NCBI GenBank assembly: GCA_963727805.1
Contig: CAVSHF010000003.1
Span: 1,536,001-1,600,000, forward strand
Direction of reading: 5' to 3'
From: an uncultured Nitrospiraceae bacterium
GTDB lineage: Bacteria > Nitrospirota > Thermodesulfovibrionia > Thermodesulfovibrionales > Dissulfurispiraceae
Length of the DNA: 64,000 nt
Shown here: piece after piece, positions 38,413-50,043 of the stretch
How the letters are laid out: each line of letters begins with the position of its first letter
Position numbering within the stretch: position 1 is the first letter of the stretch
Notes under the pieces: model-generated
Told to the model about the DNA's origin: nothing
The model's database searches: none
The model's input: the letters and a program-made list of their open reading frames with translations, nothing else
Program-made: the position numbers and the translations under genes

Positions 38413-39794
38413 TTATATAAATAGGTCATCGCTAGTGGATTCTTTTTTTGTTTGCATGCATATGGTGTATCCGGCGAGAGCCAGACAAGGGATCTGAACA
38501 CCGCTAGACATTGCACTGGAGGCTATGGTACTGATCACCGTATATATAAATTGCAGAAAAAATGCACACTGATAATAATACAATGCACTATTATTAAAAT
38601 TCCTTCGAAACGATGTTACAACCACGGAAATCACAAAGATGAGCAATATGGCAAATCCTGTGATTCCGGTATTTATCAGTATGTTGCCCCAGGTAGCATC
38701 AGCCGAGTAAATCGTAAGATTAAAGTCGTTGCTATACTTATAATCATATTTGTCTGCACGAATGCTGCCTGAATGTGGTCGCAGTTTGAGCTGGTTATAA
38801 GCAATATCGTCATGCACAAATCCATACCCCATGAGCGGATTTGCCTGCATGACCATTGCGAAACGTTCCTGAACAATAGACAGCCTTCCAGTATATGAGT
38901 CATCCTTTTTTTTCGTTCCTGGAAATTCTGTCCCACATCCCCGGTTATTAATTGCAACCCGCTCAACGTCCTACTGATCATCTTATCAAGTTCCCCAGTA
39001 CTAACCAGTACCACGAAGGCCATGAAGGTGACTATACAGGATATCGTGAATTTTGTTGGTTGCAGTTTGCCATCCTTAATTAGAATAATTATCATCGTAC
39101 AGATAATGATCATCACCCCAAAATATACGCTGCGCGTGTAAGTTCCCATGATCACGACCACCATCAGGGCGAGATAGACATATTCGGCAACGGACAATTT
39201 CTCCCCGGAAAAATAACGAACAAGATGAAGCCAAGTGAACAATAAAGCATAGGCTAAAAACCCGGGGATGCTTCTCGTTAGGCCTTCATAGTCTCTCGTC
39301 AATGATTTGAGAACGGGGAAGTGTAAGAATGATTGAACGACGAAAAGAACGACAAATAAAAAGACCACACGAAATAACAACCTGAAAAATGGCTCGACTT
39401 CATAATTCTGAGACTTGAAGAACGATACATAGACAAAGTAGGTCATATATCCTAACAAAAGCTGCCGTGCCGTCTTGACAGTTGGGATTAATGGGTAATG
39501 GTACAAAGACCAGGCAAATTCGATCAGCATCCAAACAACAAATACTATCAATATTTTTTCATAGGCCAGTTTTCCATGCCGCTTCTTGTTGGAAGTCAGC
39601 AGCAGCTGTAAATAGGCAATAAACAGCATTATGATGCCAACATCCCACAGGTCTATGCCACCGATAATGTGTTCAACGAGATCAAAACACGAAGACATAA
39701 CGACTATCGCAAGCAAAATCTTGTATTTCATGCTAACAAACAGAAATAGCATACCAACGACTAGTGCAATCAGAATGATATATGGAGTCAACAT
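38413..39794 (-). pseudogene. wzy: Wzy-like polymerase / O-antigen ligase family, frameshifted at an A8 tract
   Basis: Multi-TM ORF 39794-38676 (TYTRS) continues in another frame (DSYTGRL..NPLMGYGF..D.TWGNILINTGITG) after T8 at 38906-38913. Confidence 0.75.
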
Positions 39795-40012
39795 TGATTT
39801 GCCTGTTTATTGCATTTTGATGTGGTGAGAACTTCGGAATATATATGCAGTGTTTTGTCGATAGCACTCTGCCAGTTAAACAATTTTGCATGTTCATAAC
39901 CCGATACATCCATATTCATTCTTAGCAATTCTGTGTTCAAAACCTCATAGCGCGGAGTTAGAAATAAAAACAGTGTAACGGTGATAACGCCGCATATTAA
40001 CAAGATATACAT
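39788..40012 (-). pseudogene. Internally deleted glycosyltransferase remnant
   Basis: 74-aa ORF ending GYEHAKLFNWQSAIDKTLHIYSEVL, the typical GT4 terminal helix (compare 40797-41903). Confidence 0.55.
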
Positions 40013-40015
40013 TGT

Positions 40016-40744
40016 CTAAAGCAGCGAATCGGACTTTAAAAACAGACCATTGACCTGCAATTGTTGCCCGGTTTTCGGATTAAAGAACTCAGGTTCGATA
40101 TACACGAGGGTAAATCCTTTTCTTTGCAGATAAATCACAAGCTCACCTAGCAATGGTTCGTCCCTATATAATGGCACTAACGACATTTCAAGCTGGATTG
40201 CCAATATCCGCTCCAATGATTGTTCAGCGCCTTGAATCACTTTCATTCCAAACCCCTGAGTGTCAATTTTGAGAAATAATCTATTGTCAGGACGGTAATA
40301 GTCATCAATGAGAGAGTCGATGGACCTTACGCCTATTTTTTCCGTCCCAATATATGCGGATTCGGGAGCTGTTTGAACGTGTGCCGGAAGCATTTCGAGC
40401 AGAGAACTACTCCAGGAGTTCCTGGAAATGTTAATCTCAGACGTGCCGTCGCTATTGCCGATGGCACAGTTTACAGCCTCCCACTTAGGATCGGTTGCGC
40501 AACGGTTTTTAAGCTTTACATAGGCGTTACTCAGCGGTTCGAAGGAAACAATGAGGCCTTCGTAGCCAAGAGATCTCATCTGCAAGCCATACTGCCCTTC
40601 ATTAGCGCCGATATCAAAGAGAAGGTTGATCCTCAAGTCATTTAAGAATTTCATCCTGACTGCCGATGAATCATACCTGAAGTCGTAAGATGAGATAACA
40701 CACCCTGCTCTGCGTAAAGCCCTTTTCAGCAATTGTTTAACCAT
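40016..40744 (-). CDS. FkbM-family methyltransferase
   Basis: FDIGANEGQY, SFEP, FLKIDTQG. Confidence 0.9.
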   Translation of the reverse strand: MVKQLLKRALRRAGCVISSYDFRYDSSAVRMKFLNDLRINLLFDIGANEGQYGLQMRSLGYEGLIVSFEPLSNAYVKLKNRCATDPKWEAVNCAIGNSDGTSEINISRNSWSSSLLEMLPAHVQTAPESAYIGTEKIGVRSIDSLIDDYYRPDNRLFLKIDTQGFGMKVIQGAEQSLERILAIQLEMSLVPLYRDEPLLGELVIYLQRKGFTLVYIEPEFFNPKTGQQLQVNGLFLKSDSLL

Positions 40745-40796
40745 TAGAAAAAATCTCCCTTATCAATTTTGTTCGTTTGGCCTTGGCCTGTTGCTG

Positions 40797-41903
40797 CTAA
40801 CCCTGCAGTACGTTTTGGTAAACTTTCAACGTCTCTCGTGCGCATCTCTCCCATGAAAAGAGTTTAATGCGCTCCCGTCCCTTTTCGGCAAGCAAGGAGG
40901 CATGCTCTGGTGATGAAGCTACCCTCTCGATCGCCATACGCATGTCATATTCATTAGCAGGATCGAAGAACTCTGCCGCATCGCCAACCACTTCTGGCAA
41001 ACAACTTGAATTGGCACAGACAACAGGACAACCAAATGCCATAGCCTCCAACGGCGACAGGCCAAACCCTTCGTATAATGAGGGATATATTAACAATGCC
41101 GCAGAAGCAAATAATCCCGCCAACATATCATCGCCACCGGACACATGGACAACTCTGGTCAGTGAGAGATTTAAAGACTCCATCAGGCCTAATTCGCGCG
41201 TTGTGAATGCACCTCCGCCAAAACAGATCAAGTTAAATTCATTCCTCAAGAAAGCAGAATCAGCATATGCGTGTAATAGCTTCCCGAAATTCTTGTATCC
41301 CGCTCGTCGACCGACATACAGGATGTGAGGATTTGATACAACAGCGTGTTGACTTGCCCATCCCTTCGAGCTAATCGAATAGCCCAGATATACAACTGAA
41401 GTCTTTTCTTCGGGCACACCCAGTATCTCGATTAGATCTCGTTGGGTATTTTGAGAAATGCAAATGACATGGTCCGCACGTTTCACAGCATGCGCCTTGA
41501 TCTGCAGCATCTTATCCCCACCTGGAAAGTTGTCTGCAAACTTCTCGTGAATCATGTCGTAAACCGTTATCAACCTCTTCGCTGAACGTGGGCAAACATC
41601 AGACAAGGAGTAATAAGTTTCATGAAAAATATCCACGTTCCGCCTCGGTTTTATCAGCAAATGAGCAGTAGTCAAGTTCACCCCGTTTATAAGACGTCTC
41701 ATTCGATTTGGACGGGAAATCTTGATGCCCATCGGACATAGCTTATTACTGTTATGGAAGTATTCATTGACATATAGCGGGGCAAATATCTTGACCTCAT
41801 GTCCCCCTATACCTGCCATATGATTGGCGATTTCGTAAATATATCTGGAAACGCCACCGTATTGTTGACAACTAATAATCTGGTAGTCGAAGTATATTCT
41901 CAT
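40797..41903 (-). CDS. Glycosyltransferase family 4 (group 1)
   Basis: YGGVSRY, TVYDMI, YPSLYEGFGLSPLEAMA. Confidence 0.92.
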   Translation of the reverse strand: MRIYFDYQIISCQQYGGVSRYIYEIANHMAGIGGHEVKIFAPLYVNEYFHNSNKLCPMGIKISRPNRMRRLINGVNLTTAHLLIKPRRNVDIFHETYYSLSDVCPRSAKRLITVYDMIHEKFADNFPGGDKMLQIKAHAVKRADHVICISQNTQRDLIEILGVPEEKTSVVYLGYSISSKGWASQHAVVSNPHILYVGRRAGYKNFGKLLHAYADSAFLRNEFNLICFGGGAFTTRELGLMESLNLSLTRVVHVSGGDDMLAGLFASAALLIYPSLYEGFGLSPLEAMAFGCPVVCANSSCLPEVVGDAAEFFDPANEYDMRMAIERVASSPEHASLLAEKGRERIKLFSWERCARETLKVYQNVLQG

Positions 41904-42042
41904 CTTGACCTGTAAGATATTATGGGATAATCGCAGTTTAAATAAACTCGCATCACGAGTGTCTACGCATGCACTACAGCGTTACTATTTCTGAGTTTCG
42001 CTGCTTCGTGTGTATAATTTCTTATCAACCGTCCTACCTCGT

Positions 42043-42843
42043 TTATTCTTCTGCAAGCATGCGCGCGACTGCCTCGTTATAGTCGTTGGCAGTAAGTGAC
42101 TTGTTCTTGTAGATTTTGTTTAGCAACAATATTATAAAGGGCTTTTGCGTTATTAAGGAAAACAGGGTGTTCGAGATTTTTCGGGTCGTAAAAAGATGCA
42201 TCGACTTATTATTGGAAACCAGTTTTAGAGACAATGTTTCCGCTAGTATCTCAAGGCTTTTCCTGGTGAAAAAAGATATATGCTGCCCATGATCTTTCCC
42301 GAAATACCACCATTCGTCCAGCTTTGGATTGCCTGGTGGAAGAAGCATGGTGGTAAACAATATATTGTCTGCATAACTTTTCATCCGAGAAACTTCTTCC
42401 CGGGGATCCGCCAAATGCTCTAACACTTCAAAGCTGGTTAGTAGATCGAAGCTGCCTGACCCGGCATTAACAACATCATAGCCTTGAGCGAAGAGGTTCT
42501 CACAATACCTATCGTACCAGTAGAAATTGAATCCAATGTCGCGCATCATCCTCACAAATATACCGTAGCCTCCACCATGATCGAGAAACCTGCCATGCCC
42601 GTCACAGAACAAATTTAGCAGAGCACTTGATATATCTGCCAACTGTTTGTTTCTAGCCAAAATGCCTACGTCAGAATGATTGATGGCCTTCGCATACACT
42701 TCATCCAGCCAGAAGGGTTCTTCGGTCTGGATGAATCCGCAAGATCTGCACCTGAAATAACTGACATGATATTTATTCAGCAATTTCATCTTTCCATAAT
42801 AGTGAGAAAAACAATCACAAATCTTACATAAAACATCACCCAT
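42043..42843 (-). CDS. Class I SAM-dependent methyltransferase with N-terminal Zn ribbon
   Basis: CKIC..CRSCG, LDHGGGYG, FEVLEH, QHISFFT. Confidence 0.85.
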   Translation of the reverse strand: MGDVLCKICDCFSHYYGKMKLLNKYHVSYFRCRSCGFIQTEEPFWLDEVYAKAINHSDVGILARNKQLADISSALLNLFCDGHGRFLDHGGGYGIFVRMMRDIGFNFYWYDRYCENLFAQGYDVVNAGSGSFDLLTSFEVLEHLADPREEVSRMKSYADNILFTTMLLPPGNPKLDEWWYFGKDHGQHISFFTRKSLEILAETLSLKLVSNNKSMHLFTTRKISNTLFSLITQKPFIILLLNKIYKNKSLTANDYNEAVARMLAEE

Positions 42844-42862
42844 GATGGACACCAAAGGCCAT

Positions 42863-44212
42863 TCAGTTTTTAACAAGTAATAGAGCTTTAGTCTGCATTT
42901 TAAACACAATCATGGTTTTCTTGGATAGTGCATTACACAGGTAGGCGGCAAAACCGTACGATATTACCGTTGCTATGGCAGCACCAACTCCACCATACTG
43001 TGGTATAAGTACTATATTTATAATGACGTTCAAAACTGCGCCCAATATTGTCTGAATAAGTGTGTATTTTAATATTCCTTCATTCACAAACCATATTGAC
43101 ATTGCACCTCCGAGAAACACAAAAATTGCGGCCCATATATGAATACTAAGAACAATTCCAGCTCCAGCGTATGTTTGGCCATATAAACAAGTAATAATAA
43201 GACTGGAAGCAAAAGTCATTGGCAGTGCAATAACATAAGCTATACGCACCAGTACGTTACAAAGTTGTTGTAATTGTCGGTAATATCTGCTCTCTGACTC
43301 CTGCTTAGCATGGGTAAGTGAAGGCCTAACTGAACTGACAATCACCGATGGTATAACATACCAGATTTCAGAGAAACGCAAAGCCGCTGAGTAAATCCCA
43401 ACTTCTCTATTCCCTGACATCTGCGCCAGCATGACCTGATCTATCCGCATATAAATCATGATGGCCAGTCCTGAAAGGATAGCCGGCCAGCTTTCACGGA
43501 GAAGCCTTCTGGCTTCATCCATCCTGGGACACCACAAGGTGGACATTGAATGTTGCCTTGCATAAAAAAGCACAAGACCGGCTCCTCCGATTATGACTTC
43601 AGCTAACGCAGCATACGCAAACGCAACAACTGACGCACGATTCACAATCAGGATAACTTTGATTACCGACAAAACGACAAAAGCCAAATTCTTGGCTACT
43701 ACTGTATATTTAGACAGGGTTTGAGACTGAAACCACAGATCGATTGCGTCGAAAGACTGAAAAATTAACCCGGTGGCAATAATTCCGACGAGCCAGCGGG
43801 TTTGGGTGTCAGCAGGACGCATTACTAAAATCGCAGCGAAGGACGCAAGGAATGCGATAGCCCCACCGCATAACTTCAATATAAACGTGGAGGAGAGGAT
43901 CTCGTATTTCCTCTCAGGCTCACGGATGATATCCCTAATAACTATTCCATCCAGACCAAGGGTAGCAAAAACCGCAAAAAGCGAGACAAAGGCGACTGCG
44001 AAATTTAGGGCTCCGAACTGCTCAGGTCCAAGATAACGAGCAACCCAAACACCGACAACGAGGCCGACCCCCATGCGGAGAATCTTATCGGCAAGCAGCC
44101 ATACCGTATTGCCAACTACCTTTTGGAGAAGGGGACGACCATCCATTCTTTTTTTTACTAAGGAAGGCACTAATATCGACAAGAGTCGTTCCGACTTGGA
44201 GATCATAAACAT
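42863..44212 (-). CDS. wzx: Wzx flippase
   Basis: ARYLGPEQFG, IYMRIDQVML, VGIYSAA, LIPQYG..GAAIAT. Confidence 0.92.
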   Translation of the reverse strand: MFMISKSERLLSILVPSLVKKRMDGRPLLQKVVGNTVWLLADKILRMGVGLVVGVWVARYLGPEQFGALNFAVAFVSLFAVFATLGLDGIVIRDIIREPERKYEILSSTFILKLCGGAIAFLASFAAILVMRPADTQTRWLVGIIATGLIFQSFDAIDLWFQSQTLSKYTVVAKNLAFVVLSVIKVILIVNRASVVAFAYAALAEVIIGGAGLVLFYARQHSMSTLWCPRMDEARRLLRESWPAILSGLAIMIYMRIDQVMLAQMSGNREVGIYSAALRFSEIWYVIPSVIVSSVRPSLTHAKQESESRYYRQLQQLCNVLVRIAYVIALPMTFASSLIITCLYGQTYAGAGIVLSIHIWAAIFVFLGGAMSIWFVNEGILKYTLIQTILGAVLNVIINIVLIPQYGGVGAAIATVISYGFAAYLCNALSKKTMIVFKMQTKALLLVKN

Positions 44213-44233
44213 TCAATGCAGGCGTGCAGTCAT

Positions 44234-45190
44234 TTAGAGAATAGTCTCTTCAACCATCATTCTGGCAACATCCTTCATTCTGCAGTTGGCGTACCATCCT
44301 AACGCATTTGCAGCCCGAGATGAGTTGCCGCAGCTGACCATAATCTCTGATGGTCTCAATAATGCGGAATCACTCCTCACATGCTCCCGCCAGTCGAGAT
44401 TCAGCGAGGTAAAAATCTCTGCCACAAATTCCTCGAGCGTGTGCTTTTCTCCGGTTGCAATGACAAAGTCCTGAGGTTGTTTCTGCTGAAGCATCAGCCA
44501 CATTGCTTCGACGAACTCAGATGCCCACCCCCAGTCGCGTGCGATAGATACATTACCCATATGGAGTTTCTCCCCGCTCCCAGCCGCAATCCGACGAGCG
44601 GCCCTAGCGACCTTCTGAGTGACAAACCGTTCCGGGCGCAGCGGAGATTCGTGGTTGAAAAGGATGCCCGTACAGGCAAACAGGCCGTAGGCCTCGCGAT
44701 AGTTAGCTACCTCCCAGAAGGCAGTTGCCTTGGCCACAGCATAAGGGCTGCGAGGGCGGAAGGGGGTCTCTTCGTTGGCAGGTAGGCCATCGGTATTACC
44801 GAAGCACTCGCTGGAACCGGCGTTATAAAGTTTTGTCGACCGTCCGATGAAGCGAATGGCCTCCAGCAGGTTTAGGGTGCCGACGCTAATACTTTCAAGA
44901 GTTTCGACTGGCTGTTCGAAAGAGAGGCTGACTGAGCTCTGACCTGCCAAGTTGTAGATTTCATCAGGTATTACCTTGTCAAGGACTTGTAGCACACTTC
45001 TAAAGTCGTTGAGAGCCATAGAGTGAAATGTGATTTGATCTTTGATGCCAAGACGTTTAAGGTTTGAAAAAGTGGACATTTGTGCATCACGTGATGTTCC
45101 ATATACCTCGTAGCCTTTTGACAAAAGAAGTCTTGCCAGATAGGCACCGTCCTGTCCGGATATACCGCATATTAAGGCTTTCTTACCCAT
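44234..45190 (-). CDS. gmd: GDP-mannose 4,6-dehydratase paralogue
   Basis: [40 protein letters not shown]. Confidence 0.8.
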   Translation of the reverse strand: MGKKALICGISGQDGAYLARLLLSKGYEVYGTSRDAQMSTFSNLKRLGIKDQITFHSMALNDFRSVLQVLDKVIPDEIYNLAGQSSVSLSFEQPVETLESISVGTLNLLEAIRFIGRSTKLYNAGSSECFGNTDGLPANEETPFRPRSPYAVAKATAFWEVANYREAYGLFACTGILFNHESPLRPERFVTQKVARAARRIAAGSGEKLHMGNVSIARDWGWASEFVEAMWLMLQQKQPQDFVIATGEKHTLEEFVAEIFTSLNLDWREHVRSDSALLRPSEIMVSCGNSSRAANALGWYANCRMKDVARMMVEETIL

Positions 45191-46121
45191 GCGCAGTGTG
45201 TGCTGAAACAAATTCTTTCCAGGTTTTCTTAATACCGTCTGCTAGACCTATTTCCGCTTTCCAGCCCATATTTGATATTTTTGTCACATCAAGAAGCTTT
45301 CTCAGCGTTCCATCAGGCTTGGAGGTATCAAATCTTAGCTCACCCTCATATCCGACGATATCTTTGATCAGGTGGGCCAGCGCTTTGATTGAAAGGTCCT
45401 CTCCCGTCCCGATATTGACTATTTCGTTATCATTATAATTTTGCATAAGAAAAATGCAGGCATCAGCAAGGTCGTCCACATAAAGAAATTCCCGCTTGGG
45501 CGATCCGGTCCCCCATATTTCAACAAATGGTCTGTTTTCAATGCGAGCCATATGAAATTTGCTTATCAGTGCGGGAAGCACATGAGCATTTTGAAGGTCA
45601 AAATTATCTCCGGGTTCGTAGAGGTTAGTAGGCATTATGGAAATATAATTTGTTCCATATTGTCTGTTATATGACTGGCACATTTTGAAACCTGCTATCT
45701 TTGCCACAGCATATGGTTCGTTTGTAGGTTCCAGGTAACCCGATAACAGGTATTCCTCTTTCATTGGCTGCGGACAATGTTTTGGATAAATACATGAGCT
45801 GCCAAGAAACAAAAGTTTCCTTACACCAAACAGATACGATGAATGGATTAAATTTGTCTGGATTATCAGATTACTATAAATGAACTCAGCGGGATAAGTA
45901 TTATTTGCAAGAATCCCGCCCACTTTGGCAGCTGCTAAAAATACATATTCAGGTCTATTCTCTTTAAAAAACGCTTCAACTTCAGCCTGCCTCTGTAAAT
46001 CAAGCTCTGCACTGGTACGCGTGAGCAGATTATTGAAGCCTTCAGACTGCAATTTCCGTACAATTGCCGAACCTGCAAGTCCCCGGTGTCCGGCAACATA
46101 TATTTTCGATGATTTATTCAT
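45183..46121 (-). CDS. fcl: GDP-L-fucose synthase
   Basis: [42 protein letters not shown]. Confidence 0.95.
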   Translation of the reverse strand: MNKSSKIYVAGHRGLAGSAIVRKLQSEGFNNLLTRTSAELDLQRQAEVEAFFKENRPEYVFLAAAKVGGILANNTYPAEFIYSNLIIQTNLIHSSYLFGVRKLLFLGSSCIYPKHCPQPMKEEYLLSGYLEPTNEPYAVAKIAGFKMCQSYNRQYGTNYISIMPTNLYEPGDNFDLQNAHVLPALISKFHMARIENRPFVEIWGTGSPKREFLYVDDLADACIFLMQNYNDNEIVNIGTGEDLSIKALAHLIKDIVGYEGELRFDTSKPDGTLRKLLDVTKISNMGWKAEIGLADGIKKTWKEFVSAHTAHG

Positions 46122-47199
46122 AATATCTGAATGTTTTAAACCCGCTTTTTTTACAGAACAGATCTCGCTCGGCTTCTTTTATGTCCTCTCTTACCATCTC
46201 AGCAACTAGCTCATGAAAGCCGATTTTCGCCTTCCATCCCAGCTTTTCTGCTGCTTTAGACGGATCACCAAGTAATGTCTCCACTTCTGTCGGGCGGAAA
46301 TATCTCGGATCAACCTCCACCAGGACCTCACCTTTATGATAATCGTACCCTTTTTCGCTAATACCCTTCCCTTCCCAGCTGACCCTGATCCCTATTTCAT
46401 TAAAAGCCGCTTCGACAAATTCCCGGACGGAATGCTGCTCGCCAGTGGCTATCACATAATCTTCGGGGCTATCCTGCTGAAGCATTAGCCACTGTGCCTC
46501 TATATAATCTTTTGCATGGCCCCAGTCACGCCTGGAATCCAAGCTTCCCAGGAAAAGCTTATCCTGCAAGCCGAGCTTCTTCCTCGCCACGGCCCTTGTA
46601 ATTTTCCTTGTGACAAAAGTCTCACCTCGTAACGGCGACTCATGGTTGAAAAGAATGCCGTTACAGGCGAAGAAATTGTACGCCTCACGGTAGTTCACCG
46701 TTATCCAATATGCGTAGAGTTTTGCAGCGGCATAAGGACTTCTGGGGTAAAAAGGGGTTTTCTCGGTTTGGGGAGATTCCTGGACTTTCCCGTATAATTC
46801 CGAGGTTGAGGCCTGATAGAATCGTGTCTTTTTCTGCAGACTCAATATCCTGATTGCTTCAAGAATTCTCAATGTCCCCAAGGCATCTGAATTCGCTGTG
46901 TACTCCGGCGTCTCAAAAGAAACCTTCACATGGCTCTGTGCCGCAAGGTTATAAATTTCATCAGGCTGCACTTCCTGAATGATACGAATTAGATTGGTCG
47001 AATCCGTAAGATCACCATAATGCAACACTAAATTCAATTGTTTCTCATGGGGGTCCTGGTATAAATGGTCGATCCTACCTGTATTAAACATAGACGCCCT
47101 GCGTTTAATTCCATGCACAATGTACCCTTTCTTGAGCAGGAATTCTGCCAGATATGCCCCGTCCTGGCCCGTGATACCGGTAATAAGCGCTTTTTTCAT
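46114..47199 (-). CDS. gmd: GDP-mannose 4,6-dehydratase
   Basis: [36 protein letters not shown]. Confidence 0.95.
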   Translation of the reverse strand: MKKALITGITGQDGAYLAEFLLKKGYIVHGIKRRASMFNTGRIDHLYQDPHEKQLNLVLHYGDLTDSTNLIRIIQEVQPDEIYNLAAQSHVKVSFETPEYTANSDALGTLRILEAIRILSLQKKTRFYQASTSELYGKVQESPQTEKTPFYPRSPYAAAKLYAYWITVNYREAYNFFACNGILFNHESPLRGETFVTRKITRAVARKKLGLQDKLFLGSLDSRRDWGHAKDYIEAQWLMLQQDSPEDYVIATGEQHSVREFVEAAFNEIGIRVSWEGKGISEKGYDYHKGEVLVEVDPRYFRPTEVETLLGDPSKAAEKLGWKAKIGFHELVAEMVREDIKEAERDLFCKKSGFKTFRYYE

Positions 47200-47218
47200 G
47201 CGACAGCTCTCCTTGTTC

Positions 47219-48597
47219 TCATTTGACTGTTTCGTTTATCAGATAGAGCAGCTCTTCTGTCTTCTCTTGCATGAGGATCCCATCTCCCCTCGCTTCGATA
47301 TTGAGGCGAACAAAGGCTCCGTATTGGAACAGCGAATGTTAAAACGCCACTGTTCAAACTCCCTAGAAAGGCCGTCGGTGTAGTCAACGCCCGGATGCAG
47401 CGGAATGTAGTGCTGACGTATCCGTTCGATGGTTGCTTCGGGATTCGCAAGTACCCGGTTGATCTCGCCGCTGACCGGGAAAAGCCCAAGCCTATCGCCG
47501 ACAAGCTTCGACAAGGCTAACCCTGTCCTGCTCATAATCTGCAACACCAACAGCCAAGGGATCATGCCGCTGTCACAATAGGCGAAATCCCTGAAATAAT
47601 GGTGAGCGCTCATCTCTCCACCATACACAGCATCTTCCGCACGCATTCGTTCTTTGATGAATGCATGCCCTGTCTTACTCATTATCGCAACTCCGCCGGC
47701 ATTGTTCACCATGTCCACCGTATTCCAGGTAAGACGCGGGTCGTGAATGATGCGGCCGCCTGGGTACTTTGCCAGAATGGCAGATGACAAGAGCCCAACT
47801 ACATAGTAACCCTCGACAAACGTACCCTGTTCATCAAACAAGAAGCAACGGTCAAAATCCCCGTCCCAGGCAATACCGATGTCCGCCCGGCTGTCCCGCA
47901 CAGCGGCAATCGTCGCGGCACGATTCTCAGGTAGCAGAGGGTTCGGTATGCCGTTGGGAAAGTTTCCATCCGGCTGGTGATTTATCTTGATAAACGATAC
48001 CGGAAGACTCTTTTCAAGTAGGTCAATGACCCTGCCAGCGCATCCGTTTCCAGAATTCACTACAACCTTCAGCGGACGCAGGGAAGAGACGTCCACGTAG
48101 CCCAGCAGGTGGGATATATATGCAGCCTCGATGTTCAACGACACAACAGTTCCGATTCTATCGGCCGGTTCAAAACAGTTGGCTCGCACCAGTTCCTTGA
48201 TGTCATTCAGACCGGTATCTCCGCTGATCGGTCGCGCATCCTCCCGCACCAGTTTCATGCCATTATAGTCCATGGGGTTATGACTCGCCGTCACCATGAT
48301 GCCGCCGTCCAGTCGTTCGTGGAAGGTTGCAAAATAGACCTCTTCTGTTCCGCAAACCCCTATATCAAGAACATCACTGCCGCCATGCGTCAATCCGCGC
48401 ACGAGGGCATTGGCCAATGATGCGCTCGAGAGGCGGACATCACGCCCGACAACTATCCTGGAGGGTCTGAGAAACTCGGCATAGGCCCTTCCAATTCGAT
48501 AGGCGATCTCCTCATTGAGAGTATCAGGGACCCTTCCTCGAATATCGTAAGCTTTGAAGCAACTAAGGTCTCGGCTATTATTATCTTCCGTAAACAT
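47219..48597 (-). pseudogene. manB: Phosphomannomutase (ManB/CpsG) with 1-nt frameshift near the C-terminus
   Basis: [27 protein letters not shown]; after SNTEPL the conserved [16 protein letters not shown] tail is in another frame, ending at 47219. Confidence 0.8.
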
Positions 48598-49990
48598 CCT
48601 CAAACCTGACAATATCGTCCTCACCAAGATAGCTGCCTGACTGCACCTCGATCAGTTCCAGCGGTATTACCCCCGGATTTTCAAGTCGATGTGTTACTCC
48701 GATCGGTATGTACGTGGACTGGTTTTCTGAAAGAAGAACAGTCTCGTCACCCCTTGTAATACGCGCAGTTCCTTTCACCACTATCCAGTGTTCCGCCCGG
48801 TGATGATGCATCTGCAAAGAAAGCGCAGCCCCAGGATTAACACTAATACGTTTTACCTGGAAACGTACGTCGCAATCTACGCATTGATATGATCCCCAGG
48901 GACGATATACTTTCCTGTGAATAACAGCTTCCTGACGATTTTGGGACTTTAACTGACTGACAATTGCCTTTACGCCCTGAACACGGTCCTTTCGTGCGAC
49001 CAACACGGCATCTGACGTTTCGACGATGATATGATCCTCAAGCCCCACCGACGCGACAAGGCGGCTTTCAGCAGAAATGAAGCAACCCTTGGACTCATGC
49101 ACTAATACATCACCTTTGAGGACATTACCGGATGCGTCCTGGTCTCCAATTTCCCAGAGGGCTGACCAGGAACCAACATCGCTCCAACCGGCGTCAAGGG
49201 GAACAACCATTGCTTCGGTCGTTTTTTCCATTACAGCGTAGTCGATTGAATCGATGGGGCAAGTCGCAAACGCTTCTCTGGAAAGGCGAGTAAAGTCCAT
49301 ATCTCGCGTGGAACCTTCATAAGCAGCGCGACAGGCGGCCACCATCGCGGGTTGGAATTTATTTAATTCAGCCAAAGAGCACTCAGCTGTAAACATGAAT
49401 ATTCCGCTGTTCCAGAAATAGTCGCCAGACTTGACATACTGCTCTGCAGTTGAGCGATCCGGTTTTTCGACAAAGGCGGCCACCGTATGGGCGTCTGCAT
49501 CAGGATCATTCCTGTCGGCTCGGATATACCCGTACCCGGTTTCAGGTCCCTTTGGAAGAATACCGAAAGTAACAAGTTTACCGGCCTCGGCATACGATCT
49601 GCCCGCTTCAACTGCCCTGTGAAATGCAGCTTTATCGGCGATCGCATGGTCGGCAGGGAGAACGAGCAGCACGGGATTTTGACCATCTTTTATAGCTTCC
49701 AAAGCGGCCAAAGCAGCGGCCGGAGCGGTATTTCTGCCAAAGGGCTCCAGAATAATCGCGGCCGGGTTAATACCTGTCTGACGCATCTGCTCTGCAACCA
49801 TAAAGCGGTGTTCCTCGTTGCAGATTATCAAAGGTGCTGCAATGCCCGCGATGCCGAGGGTTCTTAAAACGGTGTCCTGAAGCATACTGTTTTGGTTAAC
49901 CAAAGCAATGAGCTGCTTCGGATACAATTCACGAGAAAGGGGCCAAAGTCGACTACCCGTGCCGCCGGCAAGTATAACAGGGACGATCAT
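48581..49990 (-). CDS. manC: Mannose-1-phosphate guanylyltransferase / mannose-6-phosphate isomerase
   Basis: [43 protein letters not shown]. Confidence 0.96.
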   Translation of the reverse strand: MIVPVILAGGTGSRLWPLSRELYPKQLIALVNQNSMLQDTVLRTLGIAGIAAPLIICNEEHRFMVAEQMRQTGINPAAIILEPFGRNTAPAAALAALEAIKDGQNPVLLVLPADHAIADKAAFHRAVEAGRSYAEAGKLVTFGILPKGPETGYGYIRADRNDPDADAHTVAAFVEKPDRSTAEQYVKSGDYFWNSGIFMFTAECSLAELNKFQPAMVAACRAAYEGSTRDMDFTRLSREAFATCPIDSIDYAVMEKTTEAMVVPLDAGWSDVGSWSALWEIGDQDASGNVLKGDVLVHESKGCFISAESRLVASVGLEDHIIVETSDAVLVARKDRVQGVKAIVSQLKSQNRQEAVIHRKVYRPWGSYQCVDCDVRFQVKRISVNPGAALSLQMHHHRAEHWIVVKGTARITRGDETVLLSENQSTYIPIGVTHRLENPGVIPLELIEVQSGSYLGEDDIVRFEDVYGR

Positions 49991-50043
49991 ATTGATTGGA
50001 TTCTCCTTATCATCCTAATTCTGCAAGTTAGCAGGGCGCATTT

